Shown in pieces: positions 41,179-60,403 of a stretch of 64,000 nt of DNA. The translations under genes were made by a program, and so were the position numbers. The notes under the pieces are model-generated. The model was not told the origin of the DNA, ran no database searches, and saw nothing but the letters and a program-made list of their open reading frames with translations. The number at the start of each line of letters is the position of its first letter. Positions within the stretch are counted from its first letter, which is position 1. Location: positions 1,736,001 to 1,800,000 of the forward strand of contig NEEC01000008.1 of assembly GCA_002189035.1 (NCBI GenBank), given 5' to 3'. The stretch is from Utricularia gibba (taxonomy: Eukaryota > Plantae > Magnoliophyta).

Positions 41179-44100
41179 TCACCAGGTAAAGCTGATGGCC
41201 TGAAAGTGGAGATTGCCAACATGTCTAGAAGAGCAAATTTGTGCTACATCCTGTCTCAGTTCCTTAGGCCCGCTGACAAGGACTCCCACGCTTGACTCTT
41301 TCATCTCCAGAAGTATTTCTGCGAGAAAACAGAAAAAAGGGTATGTCACAGGTTCTGATTAAGGTTTAGCTTCAGTGTATGAGGTTTCTTACTTTTGAGA
41401 TCAGGACGGCGGCCGTAGTGCACCTTCATCGATTGGATCATAGATTGCAGTGGAAGGCTTTCCATCTCTATACCGTTTTGGGAAGGCGCACCTCCCATTG
41501 AGTCCTCTAGGCTGAGAATCTGTTGTGCTTCTTTGAAGTTCTGTCTCTTGTTCCATATAAATGCTGCACTAGCTGCTGCAACTATGGAGAAGCAGATGAA
41601 GAGCATGTTCATTGCTCCTTTTTTGGTGAATGAGTATGTGCTGATGCCGTTTCTCTCAACAGGGTAAATCACGTATTGAGTGAAGAGTCCCAGGGAGATG
41701 AGGAAAATGATGAACGATGATGAGATTATCACTGCAAGCCATAACCAGCTATTTGGTCCGAGAGTTGGAGAGATGGGTGCATCAGTAGAATGTGGCTTGA
41801 AGCATACAGTCTGAACCGATCCTGGCTCTATCGAACCATTTATCTCTCTTGTCACATAAGCCTCGAGCTGCAGGTCTAGGATTGTACTGTTTGAAGAGAT
41901 GCTTGTAGCCGGGAGGAGAAGCTCCAACATGGATAAATGGGAAGAGTTCTTGAACACACTAATCATCACGATTTTTGGAATCTTACACTTCTCTGTGGAG
42001 CTGATGAAGATAAGCTCTCTCAGTACAGAAATGAAGGGTGTGATGCCACTCCCTCCACTGATCATCACCAGTGTTTCATGCCTGAGAAAATTTGTTGAAG
42101 CAGGGCCATAAGGTCCCTCAACCGAGACAGCGAGACGATTAACTGGAGAAGGAGAAGAAACCATGTCATAGAGCTTCTTGCTCCAAGTGCCCTCGCACTT
42201 GATCACAACACTTAATGTATCTTTATCAAAGTTGCTGCTTGAAGTAACTGTAAAAGGATGCCACTGCAGCCTGGAAATGCTGGGCACATTCATGAAGATG
42301 GTACTAGTGGGATTGTAGCTCAATCCTGCAAGGAGAAGCGATCAAGACAAAAACCTCCTAATGAACTCAGAAACAAAGCATCAAATAGAAGTTTGGATTA
42401 CCTTTGCTCCTTGAGAAATTGAGCTCCAGAGCATTGCAAGGGAGAACACGAGCAGAGAGGAGGCGGACACTCCCCCTCGACTGTAAAAGCCGCAGATACC
42501 GATCGATGATAAAGAGATAAAGACCAGGGAGCATGATGCAAGCGAAACCGATGCCAATGTGGAAGATGAAGAAAATGATGAAGAGAATGTAGAGGTGATG
42601 AGTGTAGTAAAAAAGCTCAAACATTTTCCTTCTGATACTGGGGAAAGTTGTGATCCACAAGCCCAATCCAAATAGAAAAGAGAGTTCCCCTGCTATATTT
42701 GATACATTGTTGACTCCCACCCATCTCACCATCTGTTCCAAAACGTTACCGCAGCAGTTAATGATCTTTTACAGCAGGTAAACTGTGACTCAAAATAGAG
42801 CAGCAAGAAGAAATATACCAGAAATAGAACTAAAATTTAATCAACAACTATATGGTGAGGTTTGCATCACAACTGACATCACATGAGCTCATGACAAACA
42901 AGGTGGGAGAGTGACGTGACGATCAAGTAAGCATGACATCACTGAATCGACAAAACAACAACCGATACCAAACCTAGCCATCATTTTTTCCACAGCCACA
43001 CACTCATATACCTTTTTTTAAAGGTGATGTTCTTGTCCCTTTCATTATCAATGTCTTAGGTACTCATTGAATAACAAGAGAGAGATGTACCAGCTAATTT
43101 TAACCTCTACTTCAGAAACAATCAGTAAAGAGAATAAAAGGAAAAGTGGTATCCATAGATCGTATAAAATGGATGTCTGTGATCTTCAATAACATCCATT
43201 CATGGTCTTAAGCCGACTAATGGTAGCAAGATTTAATTCTTCATAGAAGGAAAATTTCATCTGTAAGTGGGGTTTGAAAGTGGTATGCTAGCCACCCAAC
43301 CACTCTGTCATCCATAATCAACATCTCCGTTTCTTAAAATGCACTTCGTTTTCAAGTGGTTGCAACTCCAGTAAAGTTACTTTAGTAGAGTTTGGAAAGA
43401 TTGATATTGTGGAAATGTATTTGTCTATTTTAGGAGCATTAAGAGCATAACTAAGAACATTTACCTCTGATATCCTGTTAGTCATTCCCCAATAAATAAT
43501 GTATAAGACTCCATGGGCAGTGAAAAGTCCCATGGTCATATGCCCCAGCCAGATATGATATTTGATGGAGCTTTCAGATGTTACCCCGATCATTCCCAAA
43601 ATCGATGATCCTCTTGTAACCGGATAGAATAAAAATGTCAAGCACAAATTTCCAGTCACCCCTAAGACGATTGCCACTCTATCAAACTTTGTTTGCCACC
43701 TGAGTGAGAAGAAGATTGAAATTTGAGATGGATTGTTGAAATGGTAAGAACTGAGGGGGTTTTTTAATTCTAAGAGAAGTATTACACTGCTTCTCTTCTG
43801 GTGCTGTTGAGCTGAGGGACAAGCTGGAACCAGTGGCGGACGTAATCTGAGAAGTACCAAGCATTGAGTGCAATGAACATCGTGAAGAGAGCAAGCTCTG
43901 TAAGGTTGACAATTCCGAGCCCCTTGATAATCATGGGCCGTTTCATGAACATGAGAGATTTGTTGCATCTGTTACTGTGAATACCAAGAAACGCAGTATC
44001 CACAAGGAAAAAATAATGAACGTGAACACAGGGAAAGGGAAAGTAAAAGAATCAGAGTAGGAAGTTGTCGCGCTTGCTTGCCTGATTGTGAAACTATTTT

Positions 44101-44432
44101 TTCTTTTACCCAAGTGAAGGTACACACATCCCACAACAGCGATGAACAAGATAGGAAATGTGAAATCCAGCATAATGGGACCTTAGAAATTCAAACAAAA
44201 AAAGATCATCATAACCGGGTAGAAAACAAAAACAGCAACAGCCAAAAAAAAAAAAAAAACCTTGGATCCCAAAGAAAGTTGAGTTTGTAGCAACAAGAAT
44301 CTTCAGCAGCCAGTCATTGTAATAAGTATCAGTTGGCATAATGATCCACATCATGATATTCCCAAGAAACACCAACAGAGCCAGAACCAAAATCGCCACT
44401 CTTACACCAGTTATGGCTCTGGTGGAAGCCAT
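41179..44432 (-). CDS. FRO: Ferric-chelate reductase (FRO2-like flavocytochrome), 7 exons; intron 2 GC-AG
   Basis: Heme His motifs YHIWLGH..TAHG and FYYTHHLY..FFIFHIG; FAD motif QWHPFT; EGPYG; SGGSGITPF; C-terminal GVLVSGPKELRQDVAQIC..LHFQAISFTW*. Confidence 0.95.
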
Positions 44433-45297
44433 GGCTCCTCTGCTTTCAGAAATGTCTGGAGCTGCAAGATGATGAAAAGAGCGCAGGGGTTGTTATATTT
44501 ATAGAAAGTGGTTGGACTAATCGGAAAGTGTGGTGGAATGAAAAGACAACCGCAACTTGTATAATAGACAAATAACCAATAATCTCTGATTCATCTTATA
44601 TATTTCAAGCATATATTTGAATTTCTGTGAGAAAGAAATCACAAAGGGATGCAGCTTTTTATGAAAGTAAAAGGCTAGAACTGCTATGGTGGTGTGTAAT
44701 CAACGAATACCGACAGGAGAATGACTCTGAGTCAGAGTTGAAATGGTGTAGAAGCATACAAATTTCTCAAAGTTTGGAGAAACTGTTTCAAAAGTTGAAA
44801 TGAGCAAAAAAATTCCAGGAGTTGGTGGCCGTCAACTTTCAACTCCAGTACCTGGAGTAGGTGGCAGTTTCCATGGAATATTATGCTCCATTGCGTAAGG
44901 ATGACGCAAATAAATCGAGAACAATTAAGAATATGGAAATAAAAAACTTCTTTGAACACACTACATTTTGACTACCAAGTTATTCTTTAATCCAGCAGTA
45001 GATCTTTTACATTCAACTTCAACCTCAGATCGTTGGCGAGCAACACTACAAAACTGCACAGAGAGTTTTGCAAACATTGCACAGAAATCAGGCTCCAGAA
45101 TTCAGAATGTGATAAAGAAACACTTGGAATTAATAGCAAGGTGACATTGCATTGTTAGTTACATAAAACCAGCTATTGCATACTACTCTCATCCTCATGT
45201 AGATACAAACCCTCTAAAAGCACAAGAAAAGACACATTGCAGGCTCCAGGAGATCCCGGAGAATTGATGAACGTCACCCACTTCGTATATATCTGGA

Positions 45298-46641
45298 TTA
45301 CTTGCTGTAGTTTGAACTGGCCATCGGCAACTGTGTCCATCCTTGATGACCCCCACTTTTTTTGTGCAGGAGAAATGTCAGCAAGCAAATTGCACCAATC
45401 AGAGGCATCAAAACACATAGGCGATTCAAATGCATTCTCCTCCCCATAAAAAGTGCACTAACATCTCCATCGAAACTGCCTATCGAATTATTCATCTTCC
45501 ACATTTCAACCCCATTAAGAATGGCATCAACACCTCCAGGCAAGCTTATCTTTGATGGCCCTACACCCACCAATATGTTGTCTGAACTCTTGACATCAAC
45601 AGCAAAATCAGCATAGAAAGGTGAAGCTAGCTGTCCGCCCGTGATATAAGATAAATCCAGGTTCTCGTAAGCCAGGTTCTCATTTATATAAACATTGAAG
45701 TAAAGGGAGTTCAGGGAGATACTTGCTATATCACAGAAATGCATTCTCACCAAGTATCTGTAACCCTTCTCCACGTCAAATGACCAAGTTACGTTTTTTT
45801 CATTTGGAACAGAAGGACCGGAACTTCTTAACACTCTCCCACTGTTATATACATTATCCGGAGCAACTTCCCTGCTTGATCCACCATTACGGTATTTGAT
45901 ATGGCCACTAAAATGAAATGAGTGGGAGCCCCCGCCACTACTCAGGTATCCATCATCCGCCACCCATGTCCTCCACAACGAATCATTGAAAGGAGTCAAT
46001 TTGGGACCTCCCACGTTCACCCTGTATAAAGCTTCAAACCCAGTCCTCAGCAATCCGTAGATCCTCTCATTCACGCCAGAATCGATAAACTGTGCAACAT
46101 CCGCAATCAAATCCCTTGGAGTAGATATCACTTCAATAGCGTTGACAAACCCAATCTTTGAGTTCTTGGATGGAACAAACAAAACTTTAACCTCATTCGA
46201 AACAACCGGGATGACGAACTCCTTAATAACCGGTAAGCTGACGTTCTTAGAAACGCTGAAGTTGCCCAACAGCAGAAACTCGTTAGCCACAACATGAAAT
46301 TCGGCCTCAAACAAATTATAAAATTCAGTTTCGAACGGATAGAAATGCAATCGCACGACATGGTGAAGTCCAGAATTTACAATAGGGAACACGTAACTCC
46401 CCCGGCGGTTGAAGATCCTGGCAGTAGAATACAAGGGCGAAAGGACAGAAGCACTAGACTCCGTGGCTTGGAGATCGAAACCATACCGCGCGATGATGTC
46501 GGCTGTGAAAACTCGGCGGTCGGCATCAAAGGTCTTCTCGGCCGCGGAGCCACAGTTGATGAGATAGAGATCGGCGCCGGAGAATGCAGAGGCGGCGAAG
46601 AGGAGAGACGTTGCGAGGAACAAGGCAGGAAGGCTGAGCAT
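45298..46641 (-). CDS. Malectin-like-domain receptor-like protein (CrRLK1L-type ectodomain + TM, no kinase), intronless
   Basis: Signal peptide MLSLPALFL.., YLINCGS, LYSTARIF, VRLHFYPF, GFVNAIEV, LYRVNVGG..ND.LWRTW, YLVRMHFCDI, FNVYIN, ILNGVE.WK, one TM helix, then a ~20-aa tail (GWTQLP) and stop. Confidence 0.9.
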   Translation of the reverse strand: MLSLPALFLATSLLFAASAFSGADLYLINCGSAAEKTFDADRRVFTADIIARYGFDLQATESSASVLSPLYSTARIFNRRGSYVFPIVNSGLHHVVRLHFYPFETEFYNLFEAEFHVVANEFLLLGNFSVSKNVSLPVIKEFVIPVVSNEVKVLFVPSKNSKIGFVNAIEVISTPRDLIADVAQFIDSGVNERIYGLLRTGFEALYRVNVGGPKLTPFNDSLWRTWVADDGYLSSGGGSHSFHFSGHIKYRNGGSSREVAPDNVYNSGRVLRSSGPSVPNEKNVTWSFDVEKGYRYLVRMHFCDIASISLNSLYFNVYINENLAYENLDLSYITGGQLASPFYADFAVDVKSSDNILVGVGPSKISLPGGVDAILNGVEMWKMNNSIGSFDGDVSALFMGRRMHLNRLCVLMPLIGAICLLTFLLHKKSGGHQGWTQLPMASSNYSK

Positions 46642-47267
46642 TTCGATCGTCACCGCGTTGCAATCGAAGTGGAGCTCATCCGCGTTGGAGAAGACAACTC
46701 GCGATGGAAGCGCGTGGACCACCACCCCAAATATCACCGTCACATAAATCCCCATTGCCAGCCAGGCCTTCCCTTTCAAATATAAATTCACGGCCCAAAT
46801 ACCTTAACCCGACCCATTTAAAGCCCAATTCAAGAAGCTCATTTCCCGACCCTTCGTCTCCAGCATCACCACGCCTGGGGGCCATGAGAAAACCTAGTTT
46901 TCTTTCCCAAGGATCGACTGCATCATCACAAGCGAGACAGAAGAAGCAAAGAATGAATCTTTGCTCACTACCCAACTGGGAAAATTTGCTGTTTCAGTTG
47001 AATTAGTTCCACCATGTTGTCACGGTGTACTGTATGTGTCTTATGGGCTTCCCCACATGGAGAGATCCTGGTGTCTTGAAAGCTACAGATACAGGTGTGT
47101 TCTTTTAACAGGGGAGTAAGGGGAAGATACAGAGTCGCTTGGTAGCGCAAAAGGGAAGATGCATATCATACATATCTTAGGCCTGGTGTGAACAGCACGC
47201 AGAACTCACTCACTCACACACACGATCGATCTTCTTTTATGAGGGAGGAAGGGGGCGGACGGCCCCT

Positions 47268-47662
47268 TCAACAGTAAGCAGTGCAGGTTTTCTGACAATC
47301 GATGGAGCATCCACCGCCGCCCCGCCGTAACCGTACCCTTTCCCGGCGTGGCTGTAAGATGTGTAGCACCTGTCCGGACACGTCACCCTCTTCTTATAAC
47401 ACGGCCCCTTCTGGCTGCAGACCACGCTGGCTTTCACGATCCCGTGGGCCGACCGTCCGCCATAGGGACCCCCAAAGCCGCCGCCGTATCCGCCCCCGAA
47501 GCCAGGTATACCGAACGGGGGACCCGGGAACCCGAAACCGGGATCGTAGCCGTAGCCATAGCCATAGCCAAGGTCCATTTGGGGTTCAGGGCGAACGGCG
47601 AGCAAGACCGCCGCAGAGGCCAGGAAGGCGCAAGCAAATAGCAGCAGGGAAAGTGGCTTCAT
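47268..47662 (-). CDS. Secreted Gly-rich protein with C-terminal Cys-rich cap, paralog 1; 1-nt deficit at 47320-47323
   Basis: MKPLSLLLFACAFLASAAVLLAVRPEPQMD..GGGYGGGFGGP..VVCSQKGPCYKKRVTCPDRCYTSYS; adding one G gives GGGGGGCSIDCQKTCTAYC*, the usual end of this family (At4g21620-like, from memory). Confidence 0.85.
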
Positions 47663-48590
47663 GATTCCTCTCTGGAGTGGAGAAGAAGACACCCTCAGAC
47701 ACACGCAGATGCATATATAGAAGGGAAATCAAATCAGGCGGCCCCCGCCACCGGCCGGAGTGGAATGGATAGCAGTTGAGAAAGCTGGTGCGCGTTCATT
47801 TAATGGCGCCTTTTGACTTGCGGGAGAGTCGGCAATAAGTCGTCATCATCTCCATCCCATTGACTCATTCCTGGACACCCACACACACACTCATCAATCA
47901 CTCCAACTCAGTCTTTCTTATTTCCAGCGCAAAAAGAAAAGAAAAAAAAAGAAATTGAAAACCCATTGGTCACAGTTTCACACTGCAGATATTCACTACA
48001 TTATTGTGTCATTAATTATTGATGCTTCATTAAATAATTTTTTTTCAAAATCATTTCTTCGCATTTATAGCACTGCTTTAAAATAGGTAAAACTCATTTA
48101 ATTGTTTAATTATAGTTTTGGATTAAACTCTTTTTAAAATCGGTTTCATCGAATTTATTACTTTTTAATTATATTTATAAAAATATTAAAATATAATTAT
48201 AAAATCATAATTTAACCTATCAAAATATTGAAAATATATAAAATCAAAAGTAGGTTCCTAAATATTTGATACAATTATATTAAGAAATTTTATCAAAATT
48301 ATTTTAATCGTTTCATATCTCATTGCATTTAAATAATGTGTAATCCTAATCCAATTAAGTATTTTATCCCATCAATTCAAAGACACACATAAAAATATAA
48401 TTATTAAAATTTATTTAATATATATATCAAGTATTTATAGCATACCTTCTATTTGCTCTTTTAACATCAAGGTAATTAATAAAAAATTTAAAAATAAGAA
48501 AAAAAAATTAAAAAAAATAAAATTGGATCTCTTGTTTCTTTTTTTCTTCACCAAAACGCAAAATTGCAACGGCTAATGTTCATACTCTAC

Positions 48591-48614
48591 TATTTATTTA
48601 TTTATTTATTTATT
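48591..48614. repeat. (TATT)n microsatellite
   Basis: About six TATT units. Confidence 0.8.
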
Positions 48615-49062
48615 TTTACTTCAGCAGTTAAGGCAGTTATTTTCACATTTGAAAACGTGTGCGCTGACCTACTTGGTGACCCATGTTAGTACTCGACCCA
48701 GCAATTCTTTGGTGAAGTTGAAGGCGGGCAACCAGTCACACACTCATAGATACTTTCCATGGTGTGCGCTTGTTTCGTCCGGAAACTGGCGAGATGCTCC
48801 TGTTTATTATCTACTCGGGAAGTGGGAACAAACTTCTATTCACCATCTCGATCGAAAAGGGGTGAGAATCTCTTGTATTACTAGGCATGGGATTTGGGAA
48901 AGGGCGAGGCTTTCTCCTGTAGTATTTCGTCTGAGAAGTGGCGATTATCTCGTATTACTACTTCGTTCGAGAAGCGTTACTTAGCCTGGGAGAAATGAGT
49001 CTCCCTTGACCGGATTTGGTAACTGAGATTCAGAAAAGCAACAACAGGAGTGATGTGCTCCT

Positions 49063-49609
49063 TTAGCAGGAAGCTATACATGTCTTGCTACAATCGAAGT
49101 TGCATCCACCTTGAGCGCCGCCGTACCCGAACCCCTCCCGCCTTTGCTGAAAGAACTGAAGCATTTGTCCGGGCACGTCAGCGTCTTCTTGTAACACGGG
49201 CCCTCCATTTCGCAGACCAGGCTCCCGCTGCTCAGATCACCGGGTCCGGGCATGTCGAACCCCCTCCCGGACCCATGAACCCGAAATCGGGAGCATTCTC
49301 GTACCCGGTATCCATCTGGGGTCTGAGGCGAGCTCTGGGTACGCCGAACCCCCTCCCGGGCCCATGAACCCGACTCCGGCGCCATTCTCAAACCCTGGAC
49401 CCATGTACCCGAAACCCGGACCCCTCTGATACCAAGCATCCATTTGGCTCTCTAGGGGGCTCTGGGTATGCGGAATCCCCGAACCCGAAACCGAAACCCG
49501 GGCCGTTCTCAGACCCGGTACCCACTTGAGGTTCAGGGCGAGCGGCGAATAGGAATGCAGCGGACAGAAGGAAGACATGAGCAAGGAGCAGCAGAGAAAA
49601 CGACTTCAT
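49063..49609 (-). CDS. Secreted Gly-rich Cys-capped protein, paralog 2, with internal repeats and four frame disruptions (gene with sequence errors, or pseudogene)
   Basis: MKSFSLLLLAHVFLLSAAFLFAARPEPQV..; LVCEMEGPCYKKTLTCPDKCFSSFS; frame-corrected end GGCNFDCSKTCIASC* (TAA 49065-49063). Disruptions at about 49446, 49318-49321, 49260-49264, 49132-49135. Confidence 0.75.
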
Positions 49610-50570
49610 AACGTATTACTCTCCTCCAGTGGGCTCTCGGAGAGGACAGACACATATATAGAACAGACAGAAAGCCCATTGGATAGCAGGGGTTGACTTC
49701 GCAGGAGCGCGTTCAATTTTGACTTTTTGCCAGGTCGGTAATGGGTGTGGGCACTCATGTGGATCCGTTGACTTTCCCCCCTTTGACTTTCAGTAACGGG
49801 CAACGCCCCCACCAGCCACTTCATAGTATCCATTTTATTCACAATTATAACCCATGCCTCGGGTTTGGTACGTGGATATAAATTTCATTTGGTTTTAGTT
49901 TATTTGGATTTATATAAACATATTTTATTATATAAATAATTAGGTATTTTATATAAAAGTATACATTATACAAATCTGATCATTATCATGTTATCTTTCA
50001 CACATTAAAATTAAAAATTTTGGACTATTTTTCATAAACATATTATTAAATAGTTAAATTTCTAAATATTTCTATAAATTTGAGATTATCAAAAAAAATG
50101 GTCATTCTGTCTTTCTCTCTTATATTCTACAACTAATTTTTTATACATGTAGTGATCAATTTTATTACAAGGGGACCACTTTTGTATTACATTTTATGTT
50201 CCTGACTTTATAACAATTTAAACATAGCCTAATTATGCCAAGACATACCAACCCCTAGGCCTGAGGGGTAGTAAAGTAAAATGGCACATTCATTCACTAT
50301 TTAATATCATTGCTACCAAAAAGTGGACAAGTATCGCTTTTATGGAATTTGATCCACACCACCATTCCTTGATTTTTCAACCGCTCCTTTGTCTGCTTTA
50401 CCGCTTCCTGCATACAACATACCTTCGTCTTCCTCCCTCTTCTGCTCTGTTGTAGTGCCTCATACTCTCCATTCATTCAATTCGACCAGCTCCTGTCTGC
50501 GTTTGTTGTGGCTTTTCGCCTTTGGGATGGGGATGGGGAGCTAAGTGCGTGCGAGTGTGTGTGTATATCA

Positions 50571-52988
50571 ATGGGTTGTGTTCTTGGGAAAAAGCACACC
50601 GGGGAAGATACTCATACGCCAAAGAACAGCGAGGTTGAGGAGGTTTTGCCGGGGGCGGTAGCCACGCCGGAGTTCACTCTGAAGAGGGGGATCGCCGACA
50701 GTTGGCCTACGTGGCTTCACGATGTCGCTGGTGATGCGATCAAGCGGTGGAAGCCCCGGCGCGCCAACACCTTCGAGAAGCTTGATAAGGTAGTCGATCA
50801 GATAACGGATTTCCTCTTTCACCAAGTTTCGCTTTCTGTCTGCATCGTCACCGAGGCTACATTTTTTTTTTTTCAATCAAGACGACAACGCGCGGTTATA
50901 TGCTCGATTTCTTCACTGTTTCATCTGGGTGAATGGGGATTGATGCAATTTACTGTTCACCTGAATAAAGTGTCGCGCAAGTGGAAATTAAACATTAGAT
51001 TTTCTTGGATATGGGAAAAGAATGCCTTCCTTTTTTGGTCATTATTCCAAGGATTCTGTGGTAATTCAACATGGATGCCTAGATTTGATTTAGTTTTAAT
51101 TGTGCAGATTGGACAAGGAACATATAGCAATGTGTACAAAGCAAGGGACCTGATAACAGGAGAGGTGGTGGCTCTAAAGAAAGTGAGGTTCGATAACGTG
51201 GAGCCGGACATGGTGAGGTTCATGGCCAGGGAGATACTTGTTCTGGCCAAACTGGATCATCCCAATGTGATTAAGCTTCAGGGTCTCGTCATTTCCAGGA
51301 TGTCGAGCAGCCTTTACCTTGTTTTTGAATATATGGAACATGATCTTGCTGGCCTTGCTGCTTTGCGCAGTGTCAAGTTCACCGAGCCGCAGGTTAGTAA
51401 TTACATCCTGCCAAAGAAAAAAAAACATAAAAAACATATCGTTTGTGTTGATGTTCAATTTTTGAGTTGATCCACCATACCTGTTGTAAATGGGATATAC
51501 AGAGACTCCAATGCTCGTTTGCTGGTGCAGGTAAAATGCTATATGAAGCAACTTCTTTTAGGCCTGGAGCATTGCCATAACAATGGCGTTCTGCACCGTG
51601 ACATTAAGTGCTCTAATTTGCTTATTAACGATGAAGGGATCTTGAGAATTGCTGATTTTGGTCTAGCCACATTTTTCGACTTGCAACATAAGAGACCGAT
51701 GACTAGCCATGTCGTCACTCTGTGGTATCGTCCTCCTGAACTTCTACTTGGGGCATGTTGCTATGATGTTGGCGTTGATATGTGGAGTGCTGGCTGTATT
51801 CTTGCTGAGTTGCTTGCTGGAAAACCGATATTGCAGGGGCGAACTGAGGTACTCTTAATTTGTGTACCACTGCAGAAACACAAGGTTGTCAATGTGTTTT
51901 TTTGTTTGTTAATGCAGGTTGAACAACTGCACAGAATATTTAAGCTCTGCGGTTCTCCACCTGAAGAATTCTGGACCAAATCAAGATTCCCAAATGCAAG
52001 TCTTTATAAACCGCAACGACCATATGAATGCCGCATCTTGGAGACGTTCAAAGATTTTCCACCATCTGCACTTTCCCTCATCACAACTCTTCTTTCCATT
52101 GATCCCGATGCAAGAGGCAGTGCTACTGCCGCACTGAAGAGTGATGTCAGTGATCTGCTTTTGACTGGCATTCTGATGATAAATGCATTCTGTAAATCTA
52201 TGATTCTTATTAACTTCGCAGTGTATTTGCAGTTCTTTACAACAGAACCTTACGCCTGTGAGCCTTGGGAGTTGCCTAAGTTCCCACCAAGCAAAGAAAT
52301 AGATATAAAACTGAGGGAAGAAGAAGACAGAAAGTAAGCTGCGGTTTCTATTCTCCAGCTTCAGCCATTGTAAATACACACCAACATCAGTTCATTCTTG
52401 TAGGCACAGAGGCGTAGGTCTGCAATCCCAAGTTATAGAAGGCCATAGACGGCCAAGAGCTCGTCACAAAGTTATGAGCCATGCGGTTCCTGCTCCGGAA
52501 GCCAATGCAGAGCTCCAGATTAACTTGGATGTAAGTCCATGAACGCCCACTGCCTTGTTTTTATATCAAAATATGCATGCTAGACAACTGATGCATACTC
52601 AATTCGCTCATCACTTACTCATATCTCTAGACTTGAACACCGCCATGTATTCAGTAAATGTGGTGCATTTTTGCAGAGAGTGAGATCCATGTCTAGTGCA
52701 GGAGCAAGCAGCACAAGCATGAAATTCCCGCCTCCACATGAGGATGCAGCAGTAGGCCATCACTCACAAAACAGCCCTCCAACATTCATCACAGCTGAGC
52801 CTTCCCTCATTTTCCATCGTAACTCCTCACGTTCTCTTAGGCGCTCTTCATCAAAAAGTGGAGTCCTAAAAAGAAGGAATTATCTGCAGAGGGCTCCATC
52901 CGATGGCGGGGTCAACGCGCCCTTATACTCATCCATTGGTTGGGACTTCTGGCGCAGGCGAACGACTGCCTCCGAGGTGTTCAGGTAG
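50571..52988 (+). CDS. CDK-like (CDKC-related) Ser/Thr kinase, 7 exons
   Basis: MGCVLGK..WPTWLHDVAGDAI..RRANTFEKLDK / IGQGTYSNVYKARD..VALKKVRFDN..VRFMAREI..LDHPNVIKLQG / HRDIKCSNLL..IADFGLA..TSHVVTLWYRPPELLLG / ..LPKFPPSKEID..APEANAEL..KFPPPHED. Confidence 0.93.
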
Positions 52989-53160
52989 TTTAGTTGATTG
53001 CATCCACTTGGCAGCTGTGCATACAGCTGCTCTGTATAGCTGTGACATACAGTAAAAATGCAATTCGTATTCATAGAAGCCAATGGGTATAGTAACTTCT
53101 GTTTCGGTGCAAGGGACCAAGCATGTGTCCCTGTTATCGAGCAACAGTTGAACGCAAATA

Positions 53161-60403
<7,243 letters not shown>

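Noticed and set aside
46642-46791. Upstream in-frame extension of the malectin-like ORF
   Set aside because: The signal peptide begins at ATG 46641 and site II promoter motifs lie just upstream of the extension; retained only as a possible upstream start.
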